From Carcharhinus amblyrhynchos (taxonomy: Eukaryota), in the NCBI GenBank assembly GCA_965287045.1, contig OZ336895.1, forward strand, positions 23,870,001 to 23,934,000: DNA of 64,000 bases, written 5' to 3'. Each line of letters starts with the position of its first letter. Position 1 is the stretch's first letter. The notes under the pieces were generated by a model that saw only the letters and a list, made by a program, of their open reading frames with translations, ran no database searches and was not told the DNA's origin. The translations under genes were made by a program, and so were the position numbers. This document shows positions 12,701-27,700 of the stretch, one piece after another.

Positions 12701-15700
12701 CACATTTTTATGTTTGGTATTGTAACTTGCTGGTGTGACTCAGATTTGCCATTATTTCCTTCTCACTGAAACAGCAGAAACATCAACCTCAACTGCACAG
12801 AGCACCACTGCAGCATCGAGCTCTGCATCAACTCCCATATCAACAAGTACAGCAGAATCAACAAGTACAACAATCTCCACTCCAGCACCAACAACTGAAT
12901 CAACAACAATCACAACAACACAAGCCCCTACGACAAGTGGTGAGTAACATGGTCCATTTTCCTGTTCCAGTCCAATTCTGAGTTTTCAAGCAGGATTATG
13001 ATGACATGCTGATATTTTAAAAACACTCCCGATTTGCTGCTTACAGTTGCAGGAGAATCTTTGGAAAATTCATCAGTTGTTTCGTATCTTTTGCAAATAT
13101 TTTTGGCAAATTTATAATCTGTTGAATTATCAGCAAATTAGCAGTGTGTTTTTATTGTACGTTTCAGAGTAAGATATTCCAATTTGTGGGTTTACCTCAT
13201 ATAAATCATTAAATATTTTCACTGCAGCAACAGAAACCTCAACTGCCAGTAGCAGCACTGCAATATCAGCCTCTTCATCAACTCCTGCAACAACAAGTAC
13301 ATCAGGAGCAACAACAACAGAAAGTTCCACTCCAGCTTCAACAAGCATCTCAACATCAACACTCGCTACAACAAGTGGTGAGTATCATTGTAAAATTAAT
13401 GTTCCAATCTAATTCATGTTTAAACATCCTCTGACTGTTTTCGCCTTTCAACATTTGACACGATCAATCAGCTGAGTAATTTGTATTGTAACTAAGTGTT
13501 GAACAGAAGACAGCATTTTGTATTTTAATCAGATTGTCTGTGCATTTTCTCCAACTTGGCTGTTCCTCTCAGTAATGTCATTCTTCACTTTCTCAGCAAC
13601 ATCTCCAACCACGACTGCAAGTGCACAGAGCACCACTGAAGCAGTGAGCTCTACACCAACAACAATGTCAACAAGTCCAACAGCAGAAACAACAAGCAGC
13701 TCCACTCCTGCATCCACAGCTGAATCAACAACAATCACAACAACACAAGCTCCTACAACAAGTGGTGGGTGTCCAAATCTGGATTTATCTGATGCTATCT
13801 TGCAATTCGTCTAATTTTAAATTTTGTGTTTCACTACACAAACAAATTAAACACAAAATATTGCAGTTCTATTGTTTTAATTAATATTAACGCAGGGAGA
13901 ATCATTTGCCAGCTTCCACTTTAACTCTTCTACAACATGATTCTGCTGTTTATTGACGAATTTGTTAACAAACCTGAGCTAATTGTATATCAATTCATAT
14001 TTACCATCAGGATATTGCAAGCTGCTGTTCTGTATCAAAGATGGCATCATTTATTTCCAATGAAACAGCAATTACATTCAGTTTTTTATCAGCTCATGTT
14101 ACTTTGTATTTAATGCACATTTTTGTGTTTGGTATTGTAACTTGCTGGTGTGACTCAGATTTGCCATTATTTGCCTGTCACTGAAACAGCAGAAACATCA
14201 ACCTCAGCTGCACAGAGCACCACTGCAGCATTAAGCTCTGCATCAACTCCCACATCAACAAGTACAGCAGAATCAACAACTACAACAATCTCCACTCCAG
14301 CACCCACAACTGAATCAACAACAATCACAACAACACAAGCCCCTACGACAAGTGGTGAGTAACATGGTCCATTTTCCTGTTCCAGTCTAATTCTGAGTTT
14401 TCAATCAGGATTATGACGACATGCTGATTTTTTAAAAACACTCCCGATTTGCCGCTTACAGTTACAGGAGAACCTTTGGAAAATTCATCAGTTGTTTCGT
14501 ATCTTTTGCAAATATTTTTGGCAAATTTATAATCTATTGAATTATCAGCAAATTAGCAGTGTGTTTTTATTGTACGTTTCAGAGTAAGATATTCCAATTC
14601 GTGGGTTTACCTCATATAAATCATTAAATATTTTCACTGCAGCAACAGAAACCTCAACTGCCGGTAGCAGCACTGCAATATCAGCCTCTTCATCAACTCC
14701 TGCAACAACAAGTACATCAGGAGCAACAACAACAGAAAGTTCCACTCCAGCTTCAACAAGCATCTCAACATCAACACTCACTACTACAAGTGGTGAGTAT
14801 CATTGTAAAATTAATGTTCCAATCTGATTCATGTTTCAATATTCTCTGACTTTTTTTGCCTTTCAACATTTGACATGATTAATCAGCTGAGTAATCTGTA
14901 TTGTAACTAAGTGTTTAACAGAAGACAGCATTTTGTATTTTAATCAGATTGTCTGTGCATTTTCTCCAACTTGGCTCTTTCTCTCAGTAATGTCACTCTT
15001 CACTTTCTCAGCAACATCTCCAACCATGACTGTAACTGCACAGAGCACCACTGCAGCAGTGAGCTCTACACCAACAACAATATCAACAAGTCCAACAGCC
15101 GAAACAACAAGCAGCTCCACTCCTGTATCGACGGCTGAATCAACAACAATCACAACAACACAAGCTCCTACGACAAGTGGTGAGTATCCAAATACTGAAA
15201 AATAGTGTTCCATTGACATTGCTCTCAATTTAAATCATGTAATAGACTATTTAATAAAATGAACAGAAAATATTGCAGTGTTATTGTTTATATACAGATT
15301 AATGAAGGGGGCAAATCATTTTCCATTTTCAATTCTGCAATGCGTCTGCTACAACATGACAATGTCATATTTTCTGTGAATTTGTTAACATATCAGAGGG
15401 GTTTGTATATTCATGCACACTTTTGAGTTTGGTATTGTAAGTTGCTGCTGTGACTCAGATTTGCCATTATTTGCCTCTCACTAAAATAGCAGAAACATCA
15501 ACGTCAACTGCACAGAGCACCACTGCAGCAGCGAGCTCTACATCAGCAGCAATGTCTACAAGTCCAACAGCGGAAACAACTACAAGCAGCTCCACTTCTG
15601 CATCAACAGCTGAATCAACGACAATCACAATACAAGCCTCTCCAACAAGTGGTGAGTGTCCAAATCCAGGTTTATCTGATGCTTTCATGCAATTTGTCTA

Positions 15701-18700
15701 ATTTTAAATTTTGTGTTTCACTACATAAACAAATTAAGCACAAAATATTGCAGTTTTATTGTTTAAATTAATATTAATACAGGGAGAATCATTTGCCAGC
15801 TTCCACTTTAACTCTTCAACAACATGCCGATGCTGTTCATTGACGAAATTGTTAACAAATCTGAGCTACTTGTACATCAATTCATATTTATCAACATGGT
15901 ATTGCAAGTTGCTGTTTTGCGTACTTACGCAAGGATGTTTTAGCCTTGGAGGGAGTGCAGAGGAGGTTTACTAGGCTGATGCCGGAGTTGAGGGGGTTGA
16001 GCTATGATGACAGGCTGAATAGATTAGGCTTGTACTCGTTAGAGTTTAGAAGAATGAGGGGAGATCTCATTGAGACGTATAAGATGATGAATGGGATGGA
16101 TAGGATAGAGGTGGAGAGACTCTTCCTGCTCAGAAAGGATAGTGGGACTAGGGGGCATAGCCTCAAGATAAAGGGGGGGCAGTTTAGAACAGAGTTGAGG
16201 AGGAACTTCTTCACTCAAAGGGTGGTGAATCTCTGGAATTCTCTGCCCGTTGAAGTGGTGGAGGCTGCCTCGCTAAATATTTTTAAGACGCGGGTTGATG
16301 GGTTTTTGATGAGAGAGGGGATTAAGGGTTATGGGGAGAAGGCGGGAATGTGGAACTGAGCCACGACAGATCAGCCATGATATTATTGAATGGCGGGGCA
16401 GGCTCGAAGGGCTAGTTGGCCTACTCCTGCTCCTATTTCTTATGTTCTTATGTTCTTATGTATCAAAAATGTCATCATTTATTTCCAATGAAAAAGCAAT
16501 TACATTCTTTTTTTAATCAACTCATGGCACTTCGTATTTAATGGACATTTTTGTGTTTGGTATTGTAAGTTGCTGGTATGACTCAGATTTGCCATTATTT
16601 GCCACTCACTGAAACAGCAGAAACATCAACCTCAACTGCACAGAGCACCACTGCAGCATTGAGCTCTGCATCAACTCCCACGTCAACAAGTACAGCAGAA
16701 TCAACAACTACAACAATCTCCACTCCAGCACCCACAACTGAATCAACAACAATCACAACAACACAAGCTCCTCTGACAAGTGGTGAGTAACGTGGTCCAT
16801 TTTTCTGTTCCAGTCTAATTCTGTAAGTTTTCAAGGAGGATTATGATGACATGCTGATATTTTTAAAAACATTCCCAATTTGCTGCTTACAGTTCCAGGA
16901 AAATCTTTGGTAAATTCATCAGTTGTTTCATATCTTTTGCAAATATTTTTGGCAAATTTATGGTATGTTCAATTAGTAGCAAATCATATCTGTACATTTT
17001 CAATGTACATTTTTGAGTAAGATATTCCAATTTGTGGATTTACCTCATAGAAATCATTAAATATTTTCACTGCAGCAACAGAAACCTCAACTGCCGGTAG
17101 CAGCACTGCAATATCAGCCTCTTCATCAACTCCTGCAACAACAAGTACATCAGGAGCAACAACAACAGAAAGTTCCACTCCAGCTTCAACAAGCATCTCA
17201 ACATCAACACTCGCTACAACAAGTGGTGAGTATCATTGTAAAATTAATGTTCCAATCTAATTCGTGTGCAAATATTACCTGTTTTTTTTTGCTTTTCAAC
17301 ATTGGACATTGGTTAATCAGCTGAGTAACTTGTATTGCAACTAAGTGTTTAACAGAAGACAGCATTTTGTATTTTAATCAGATTGTCTGTGCATTTACTC
17401 CAACTTGGCTCTCTCACTAATGTCATTCTTCACTTTCTCAGCAACATCTCCAGCCACGACTGCAAGTGCACAGAGCACCACTGAAGCAGTGAGCTCTACT
17501 CCTACACTAATGTCAACAAGTCCAACAGCAGAAACAACAACAAGCAGCTCCACTCTTGCATCCACAGCTGGATCAACAACAATCACAACAACACAAACTC
17601 CTACGACAAGTGGTGAGTATCCAAATACTGAAAAATGGTGTTCCAATGACATTGCTCTCAATTTAAATCATGTGATAGGCTATTTAATAAAATAAGCAGA
17701 AAATATTGCAGTTTATTTTTTATATACAGATAAATGAAGGGGGCAAATCATTTTCCATTTTCACATTCTGCAATGCATCTGCTACAACATGACAATGTCG
17801 TATTTTCTGTGAATTTGTTAACATATCAGAGGGATTTGTACATTCATGCACATTTTCGAGTTTGGTATTGTAAGTTGCTGGTGTGATTCAGATTTGCCAT
17901 TATTTGCCTCTCACTAAAATAGCAGAAACATCAACGTCAACTGCACAGAGCACCAATGCAGCAGTGAGCTCTACATCAGCAGCAATGTCTACAAGTCCAA
18001 CAACAGAAACAACTACGAGCAGCTCCACTCCTGCATTGACAGCTGAATCAATGACAATCACAACACAAGCCCCTACGACAAGTGGTAAGTGTCCAAATAC
18101 AGGTTTACCTGATGCTTTCATGCTCTTCGTCTAATTTTAAATTTTGTGTTTTACGACATAACAAATTAAACACAAAATATTGCAGTTTTATGGTTTAAAT
18201 TAAGGGATTCTCATTTGCCAGCTTCTGCTTTAACTCTTCAACAACATGCCGATGCTATTTATTGGCGAATTTGTTAACAGACCTGAGCTACTTGTATATC
18301 AATGCATATTTACCAACATGGTATTGCAAGCTGCTGCTTTGCATCAAAAATGTCATCATTTATTTCCAATGAAACAGCAATTACATCCATTTTTAATCAA
18401 CTCATGGCACTTTGTATTTAATGCACATTTTTGATTTGGTATTGGAAGTTGCTGGTGTGACTCAGATTTGCCATTATTTGCCTCTCACTGAAACAGCAGA
18501 AACATCAACCTCAACTGCACAGAGCACCACTGCGGCATCAAGCTCCGCATCAACTCCCATATCAACAAGTACAGCAGAATCAACAACTACAATGATCTCC
18601 ACTCCAGCACCATTAAATATTTTCACTGCAGCAACAGAAACCTCAACTGCCGGTAGCAACGCTGCAATATCAGCCTCTTCATCAACTCCTGCAACAACAA

Positions 18701-21700
18701 GTACATCAGGAGCAACAACAACAGAAAGTTTCACTCCAGCTTCAACAAGCATCTCAACATCAACACTCACTATTACAAGTGGTGAGTATCATTGTAAAAT
18801 TAATGTTCCAATCTAATTCATGTTTCAATATCCTCTGACTTTTTTTGTCTTTCAACATTTGACACGATTAATCAGCTGAGTAATTTGTATTGTAACTAAG
18901 TGTTAAACAGAAGACAGCATTTTGTATTTTAAACAGATTGTCTGTGCATTTTCTCCAACTTGGCTCTTTCTCTCAGTAATGTCATTCTTCACTTTCTCAG
19001 CAACATCTCCAACCACGACTGCAGGTGCACAGAGCACCACTGCAGCAGTGAGCTCTACACCAACAACAATGTCAACAAGTCCAACAGCAGAAACAACAAG
19101 CAGCTCCACTCCTGTATCGACAGCTGAATCAACGACAATCACAACAACACAAACTCTTACGACAAGTGGTGAGTATCCAAATACTGAAAAATGGTGTTCC
19201 AATGACATTGCTCTCAATTTAAATCATGTGATAGACTATTTAATCAAATAAGCAGAAAATATTGCAGTTTATTTTTTATATACAGATTAATGAAGGGGGC
19301 AAATCATTTTCCATTTTCACATTCTGCAATGCGTCTGCTACAACATGACAATGTCATATTTTCTGTGAATCTGTTAACATATCAGAGGGATTTGTATATT
19401 CATGCACATTTTCGAGTTTGGTATTCTAAGTTGCTGCTGTAACTCAGATTTGCCATTATTTGCCTCTCACGAAAATAGCAGAAACATCAACGTCAACTGC
19501 ACAGAGCACCACTGCAGCAGTGAGCTCTACATCAGCAACAATGTCTACAAGTCCAACAACAGAAACAACAACAAGCAGCTCTACTCCTGCATCGACAGCT
19601 GAATCAACGACAATCACAACACAAGCCTCTCCAACAAGTGGTGAGTGTCCAAATCCAGGTTTATATGATGCTTTCATGGAATTCGTCTAATTTTAAATTT
19701 TGTGTTTCATTACATAAACAAATTAAACACAAAGTATTGCAGTTTTATTGTTTAAATTAATACTAATACAGGGAGAATCATTTGCCAGCTTCCACTTTAA
19801 CTCTTCGACAACATGCCGATGCTGTTTATTGACGAATTTGTTAACAAACCTGAGCTAATTGTATATCAATTCATATTTACCAACATGGTATTGCAAGTTG
19901 CTGTTTTGTATCAAAAATGTCATCATTTATTTCCAATGAAACAGCAATTACATCCTTTTTTTTTATCAACTCATGGCACTTCGTATTTAATGCACATTTT
20001 TGAGTTTGGTATTGTAAGTTGCTGGTATGACTCAGATTTGCCATTATTTGCCTCTCACTGAAACAGCAGAAACATCAACCTCAACTGCACAGAGCACCAC
20101 TGCAGCATCAAGCTCCGCATCAACTCCCATATCAACAAGTACAGCAGAATCAACAACTACAACAATCTCTACTCCAGCACCAACAACTGAACCAACAACA
20201 ATCACAACAACACAAGCCCCTACGACAAGTGGTGAGTAACCTGGTCCATTTTCCTGTTGCAATCTATTTCTGTGAGTTTTCAAGCAGGATTATGACTACA
20301 TACTGATATTTTAAAAACATTCCCGATTTGCTGCTTACAGTTGCAGGAGAATCTTTGGAAAATTCATCAGTTGTTTCGTAACTTTTGCAAATATTTTTGG
20401 CAACTTTATCTTTTTGGTTATTAGCAAATCATATCTGTACATTTTAAATATACATTTCTGAGTAAGTTATTCCAATTTGTGGATTTACCTCATAGAAATC
20501 ATTAAATATTTTCACTGCAGCAACAGAAACCACAACTGCCAGTAGCAGCACTGCAATATCAGCCTCTTCATCAACTCCTGCAACAATAAGTACATCAGGA
20601 GCAACAACAACAGAAAGTTCCACTCCAGCTTCAACAAGCATCTCAACATCAACACTCACTACAACAAGTGGTGAGTATCATTGTAAAATTAATGTTCCAA
20701 TCTAATTCGTGTGCAAATATTACCTGATTTTTTTTGCTTTTCAACATTGCACATTGGTTAATCAGCTGAGTAATTTGTTTTGTAACTAAGTGTTTAACAG
20801 AAGACAGCATTTTGTGTTTTAATCTGATTTTCTGTGCATTTTCTCCAACTTGGCTCTTTCTCTCAGTAATGCCATTCTTCACTTTCTCAGCAACATCTCC
20901 AACCACGACTGCAAGTGCACAGAGCACCACTGCAGCAGTGAGCTCTACACCAACAACAATGTCAACAAGTCCAACAGCAGAAACAACAACAAGCAGCTCC
21001 ACTCCTGCATCGACAGCTGAATCAACGGCAATCACAACTACACAAGCTCCTACGACAAGTGGTGAGTATCCGAATACAGAAAAAAAGTGTTCCAATGACA
21101 TTGCTATCAATTTAAATCATGCGATAAACTATATAATAAAATAAGCAGAAAATAGTGTAGTTTTATTGTTTATAATCAGATTAATCAAGTGGGCAAATCA
21201 TTTCCTAATTTCACATTCTGCGAGGTGTTTGCTACAACATGACAATGTCGTATTTTGCGTGGATTTGTTAATATATCAGGAGGGTTTGTATATTCACGCA
21301 CATTTTTGAGTTTGGTATTGTAAGTTGCTGGTGTGACTCAGATTTGCCATAATTTACCTTTCACTGAAATAGCAGAAACATCAACATCAACTGCACAGAG
21401 CACCACTGCAGCAGTGAGCTCTACATCAGCAGCAATGTCTACAAGTCCAACAGCAGAAACAACAACAAGCAGCTCCACTCCTGCATCGACAGCTGAATCA
21501 ACGACAATCACAACACAAGCCCCTACGACAAGTGGTGAGTATCCAAATCCAGGTTTTTCAGATGCTTTCATGCAATTCCCCTAAAGTTAAATTTTGTGTT
21601 TCTCTACATAACAAAATAAACACAAAAAATATTGCATTTCTATTGTTTCAATTAATATTAATACAGGGAGAATCATTTGCCAGCTTCCACTTTAACTCTT

Positions 21701-24700
21701 CTACAACATGCCGATGCTGTTTGTTGATGAAATTGTTAACAAACCTGAGCTAATTGTATATCAATTCATATTTACCAACATGGTCTTGCAAGTTGCTGTT
21801 TTGTATCAAAGATGGCATCTGTTATTTCCAGTGAAACAGCAATTACATCCTTTTTTTTAATCAACTCATGGCACTTTGTATTTAATGCACATTTTTGAGT
21901 TTAGTATTGTAAGTTGCTGGTGTGACTCAGATTTGCCATTGTTTCCTTCTCACCGAAACAGCAGAAACATCAACCTCAACTGCACAGAGCACCGCTGCAG
22001 CATCGAGCTCTGCATCAACTCCCACATCAAAAAGTACAGCAGAATCAACAACTACAACAATCTCCACTCCAGCACCCACAACTGAATCAGCATCAATCAC
22101 AACAACACAAGCCCCAACGACAAGTGGTGAGTGATGTGGTCCATTTTTCTGATCCAGTCTAATTCTGTGAGTTTTCAAGCAGGATTATGACTACATACTG
22201 ATATTTTAAAAACACTCCCAATTTGCTGCTACCAGAGAATCTTTGCAAAATTGATCAGTTGTTTCGTATCTTTTGCAAATATCTTTGGCAAATTCACAAT
22301 AGGCTCAATTATTAGCAAATTATATCAGTGTGTTTCTAATGTTTATTACTGAGAAAGTTATTCCAATTTGTGGGTTTACCTCATATAAATCATTAAATAT
22401 TTTCACAGCAGCAACAGAAATCTCAACTGCTGGTAGCAGCACTGCAATATCAGCCTCTTCATCAACTCCTGCAACAACAAGTACATCAGGAGCAACAACA
22501 TCAGAAAGTTCCACTCCAGCTTCAACAAGCATCTCAACTTCAGCACTCACTACAAGTGGTGAGTATCATTGTAAAATTAATGTCCCAATCTAATTCTTGT
22601 GCAAATATTACCTGATTTTGTTTTGGCTTTTCAACATTGGACATGGTTAACCAGCTGAGTAATTTGTATTGTAACTAAGTGTTTAACAGAAGACAGCACT
22701 TTGCATTTTAATCGGATTTTCTGCAAATTTTCTCCAACTTGGCTCTTTCTCTCAGTAATGTCACTCCTCACTTTCTCAGCAACATCTCCAACCACGACTG
22801 CAATTGTACAGAGCACCACTGCAGCAGTGAGCTCCACACCAACAACATCATCAAGTCCAACAGCAGAAACAACAACAAGCAGCTCCACTCCTGCATCGAC
22901 AGCTGAATCCACGACAATCACAACACCACAAGCTCCTACGACAAGTGGTGAGTATCCAAATACTGAAAAATGGTGTTCCAATGACATTGCTCTCAATTTA
23001 AATCACGTGATAGACTATTTAATAAAATAAGCAGAAAATATTGCAGTTTTATTGTTTATATTCAGATTAATGAAGAGGGCAAATCACTTGCTAATTTCAC
23101 ATTCCGCAATGCGTCTGCTACAACACGCCAATGTCATGTTTTGTGTGGATTTGTTAATCCATCAAAGGGATTTTTATATTTATGCACATTTTTGAGTTTG
23201 GCATTGTAAGTTGCTGGTGTGGCATTAATGCAGATTTGGCATTATTTGCTTCTCAACGAAACAGCAGAAACATCAACCTCAACTGCACAGAGCACCACTG
23301 CAGCAGCAAGCTCTACATCAGCAACAATATCAACAAGTCCAACAGCAGAAACAACAACAAGCAGCTCCACTCCGGCATCGACAGCTGAATCAACGACAAT
23401 CACAACAGCACAAACTCCTACGACGAGTGGTGAGTATCCAAATACAGAAAAAAAAGTGTTCCAATGACATTGCTATCAATTTAAATCATGTGATAAACTA
23501 TATAACAAAATAAGTGAAAAATATTGCAATTTCATTGTTTAGATTCATGATTAATGAAGAGGGCAAATCATTTCCTAATTTCATCTTCTGCAATGCATCT
23601 GCTACAACATGCCCATGCCCTATTTTGTGTGGATTTGTTAACATATCAGAGAAATTTGTATGCTCATGCACATTTTTGAGTTGGGTATTGTAATGTGCTG
23701 GTGTGACTCAGATTTACCATTATTTGCTTCTCACTGAAACAGCAGAAACTTCAATCTCAACTGCACAGAGCACCACTGCAGCAGTGAGCTCTGCATTAAC
23801 TCCCGTATCAACAAGTACAGCAGAATCAACAACTACAACAACCTCCACTCCAGCACCGACAACTGAATCAATGACAATCACAACAACACAAGGCATTACA
23901 ACAAGCGGTGAGTATCAGGGTATACTTTTCAGTTCCAGTCTGATTCTGTGGTGTGTTTTCAAAGAGGATTATGACTATTTTCTGAAATTTAGAAAAATAC
24001 TCTCGATTTGCTGCTTACAGTTACAATAACTGTGTATTTGTAACACAGGAGAATCTATGGAAAATTCATCATCTGTTTTGTGTTTTCTGCAAACATTTGT
24101 GGGTAATTTGAAACATGCATGATTATTAGTAAATCATCTCAGTGTGTTTTTTAAAGTACATTTCAGAGTAAGGTATCTCAAGTTGTGGGTTTTGTCTCAG
24201 ATAAATCATTAATTACTTTCACTGCAACAGAAACCTCAACTGCCGGTAGCAGCACTGCAATATCAGCCACTTCATCAACTCCTGCAACAACAAGTACATC
24301 AGGAGCAACAACAACAGAAAGTTCCACTCCAGCTTCAACAAGTATCTCAACATCAACACTTTCTGCAACAAGTGGTGAGTATCACTGCAAAACTAATGTT
24401 CCAATCTAATTCGTAGGCAAATATTACCCGATTTGTTTTTGCTTTACAACATTGGACACGGTTAATCAGCTGAGTAATTTGTATTGTAACTAAATGTTTA
24501 ACAGAAGACAGCGCTTTGTATTTTAATCAGATTTTCTGTGCATTTCCTCCAACTTGGCTCTTTCTCTCAGTAATGTCATTCTTCACTTTCTCAGCAACAT
24601 CTCCAACCATGACTGCAAGTGCACAGAGCACCACTGCAGCAGTGAGCTCTACATCAACAACGTCAACAAGTCCAACAGCAGAAACAACAAGTAGCTCCAT

Positions 24701-27700
24701 TCCTGCATCGGCAGCTGAATCAATAACAATCACAACCACACAAGCTCCTAAGACAAGTGGTGAGTATCCAAATATTGAAAAATGGTGTTCCAATGAGATT
24801 GCTCTCAATTTAAATCGTGTGATAGACTATTTACTAAAATAAGCAGAAAATATTGCAGTTTTAATGTTTATATTCAGATTAATGAAGGGGGCAAATCATT
24901 TTCCATTTTCACATTCTGCAAGGCGTCTGCTACAACACGTCAATGTCGTATTTTGCGTGGATTTGTTAATATTTCAGAGGGATTTATATACTCATGTTTG
25001 GTATTGTAAGTTGCTGGTGTGATTCAGATTTGCCATTATTTGCTTCTCACTGAAACAGCAGAAACATCAACATCAACTGTACAGAGCACCACTGTAGCAG
25101 TGAGCTCTACATCAGCAACTATGTCAACAAGTCCAACAGCAGAAACAACAACAAGCAGCTCCGCTCCTGCATCGACAGCTGAATCAATGACAATCTCAAC
25201 AACACAAGCCCCTACGACAAGTGGTGAGTATCCAAATCCAGGTTTATCGGATGTTTTCATGCAATTCCCCTAAATTTAAATTTTGTGTTTCTCTACATAA
25301 CAAACACAAAATATTGCAGTTCTATTGTTTCAATTAATATTAATACAGGGAGAATCATTTGCCAGCTTCCACTTTAACTCTTCTACAACATGCCGATGCC
25401 GTTACATCCATTTTTTATCAACTCATGGCACTTTGTATTTAATGCACATTTTTGAGTTTGGTATTGTAAGTTGCTGGTGTGACTCAGATTTGCCATTATT
25501 TGCTTCTCACTGAAACAGCAGAAACACCAACCTCAACTGCACAGAGCACCACTGCAGCATCAAGCTCTGCATCAACTCCCACATCAACAAGTACAGCAGA
25601 ATCAAAAACTACAACAATCTCCACTCCAGCACCCAGAACCGAATCAACAATAATCACAACAACACAAGCCCCTACGACAAGTGGTGAGTAACATGGTTCA
25701 TTTTTCTCTTCAAGTCTAATCCTGTGAGTTTTCATACAGGGTTATGATTAGAAACTGATATTTTTAAAAAGCACTCCCAATTTGCTGCTTACAGTTAACA
25801 TACAGCACAGGAGAATCTTTAGAAAATTCATCAGCTATTTTGTATATTTTGCAAATATTTGTGGATAATTTGGAATATGTTCAATTGTTGCAAATCATAT
25901 CAGTGTGTTTTTAATGCATATTTTTGAGTAAGTTTAGAATTTGCAGGTTTACCCCAGTTAAATCATGAATTATTTTCACTGCAACAACAGAAACATCTAT
26001 TGCTGGTAGCAGCACTGCAATATCAGCCGCTTCATCAACTCTGGCAACAACAAGTATATCAGTAGCAACAACAACAGAAAGTTCCACTCCAGCATTGACA
26101 AGTATCTCAACATCAACACTCATTACAAGTGGTGAGTATTGTAGTAATATCTAATTCATGTGCAAACATTACTTGTTTTTTGCAGTTTAAATATGTTTAA
26201 TCAAGAGAATAATTTGCATTTTACCAACGTGTTAACAGATCATTGCAGTTCCTATTTTAATTTAGAATTCAGTGCATTTTCTCCAAGTTAGCACTTTCTC
26301 TCAGTAATGTCACTCTTCATTTTCTCAGCAACATCTCCAACCACGACTGTAACTGCACAGAGCACCACTGCAGCAGTGAGCTCTACATCAGCAACAATGT
26401 CAACAAGTCCAACAGCAGAAATAACAACAAGCAGCTCCACTCCTGCATCGACAGCTGAATCAACGACAATCACAATACAAGCTCCTACGACAAGTGGTGA
26501 TTATCTAAATACTGAAAAATGGTGTTCCAATGACATTGTTCTCAATGTAAATCATGTTTAGACGATATAATAAAATAAGCAGAAAATATTGTAATTTTAT
26601 TGTTTATATTCAGATGAATGAAACGTTCAAATCATTTTCCATTTTCACAGTCTGCAAGGCATCTACTACAACATGCCAATGTCGTATTTCGTGTGGATTT
26701 GTTAATATATCAGAGGGATTTATATACTCATGCACATTTTTGTGTTTGGTATTGTAAGTTGCTGGTTTGACTCAGATTTGCCATTATTTACTTCTCACTG
26801 AAACAGCAGAAACATCAACCTCAACTGCACAGAGCACCACTGCAGCAGTGAGCTCTACATTAGCAACAATATCTACAAGTCCAACAACAGAAACAACAAC
26901 AAGCAGCTCCACTCCTGCATCGACAGCTGAATCAACGACAATCACAACAACACAAGCCTCTCCAACAAGTGGTGAGTATCCAAGTAATGAAAAATAGTGT
27001 TCCAATGACATTGCTCTCAATTTAAATCATGTGATAGACTATTTAATAAAATGAGCAGAAAATATTGCAGTTTTATTGCTTAGATTCTTGATTAATGAAG
27101 GGGGCAAATCATTTGCTAATTTCACCATCTGCAATGCGTCTGCTACAACATGCCAATGTCGTATTTTGTGTGGATTTGTACATTCATGCACATTTTTGAG
27201 TTTGGTTTTGTGAGTTGCTGGTGTGACTCAGATTTGTCATAATTTGCTTCTCACTGAAACAGCAGAAACATCAACCTCAACTGCACAGAGCACCACTGCA
27301 GCAGTGAACTCTGCATCAACTCCCACTTCAACAAGTACAGCAGAATCAACAACTACAACAATCTCCACTCCAGCACCCACAACTGAATCAATGACAATCA
27401 CAACACAAGCCCCTACGACAAGTGGTGAGTAACGTGCTCCATTTTCCTGTTCCAGTCAAATTCTGAGTGTTCATGCAGGGCTATGATTAGAAACTAATAT
27501 TTTTAAACAGCACTCCCAATTTGCAGCTTACAATAATGCATGTGAGAATCTTTGGAAAATTCATCAGCTGTTTTGTATATTTTGCAAATATTTGTGGGTA
27601 ATTTGTAATGTTCAATTGTTAGCAATTCATATCAGTGTGTTTTTAACGCATATTTCTGAGTAAGTTATTTGAATTTGCTAGTTTACCTCAGATAAATCAT

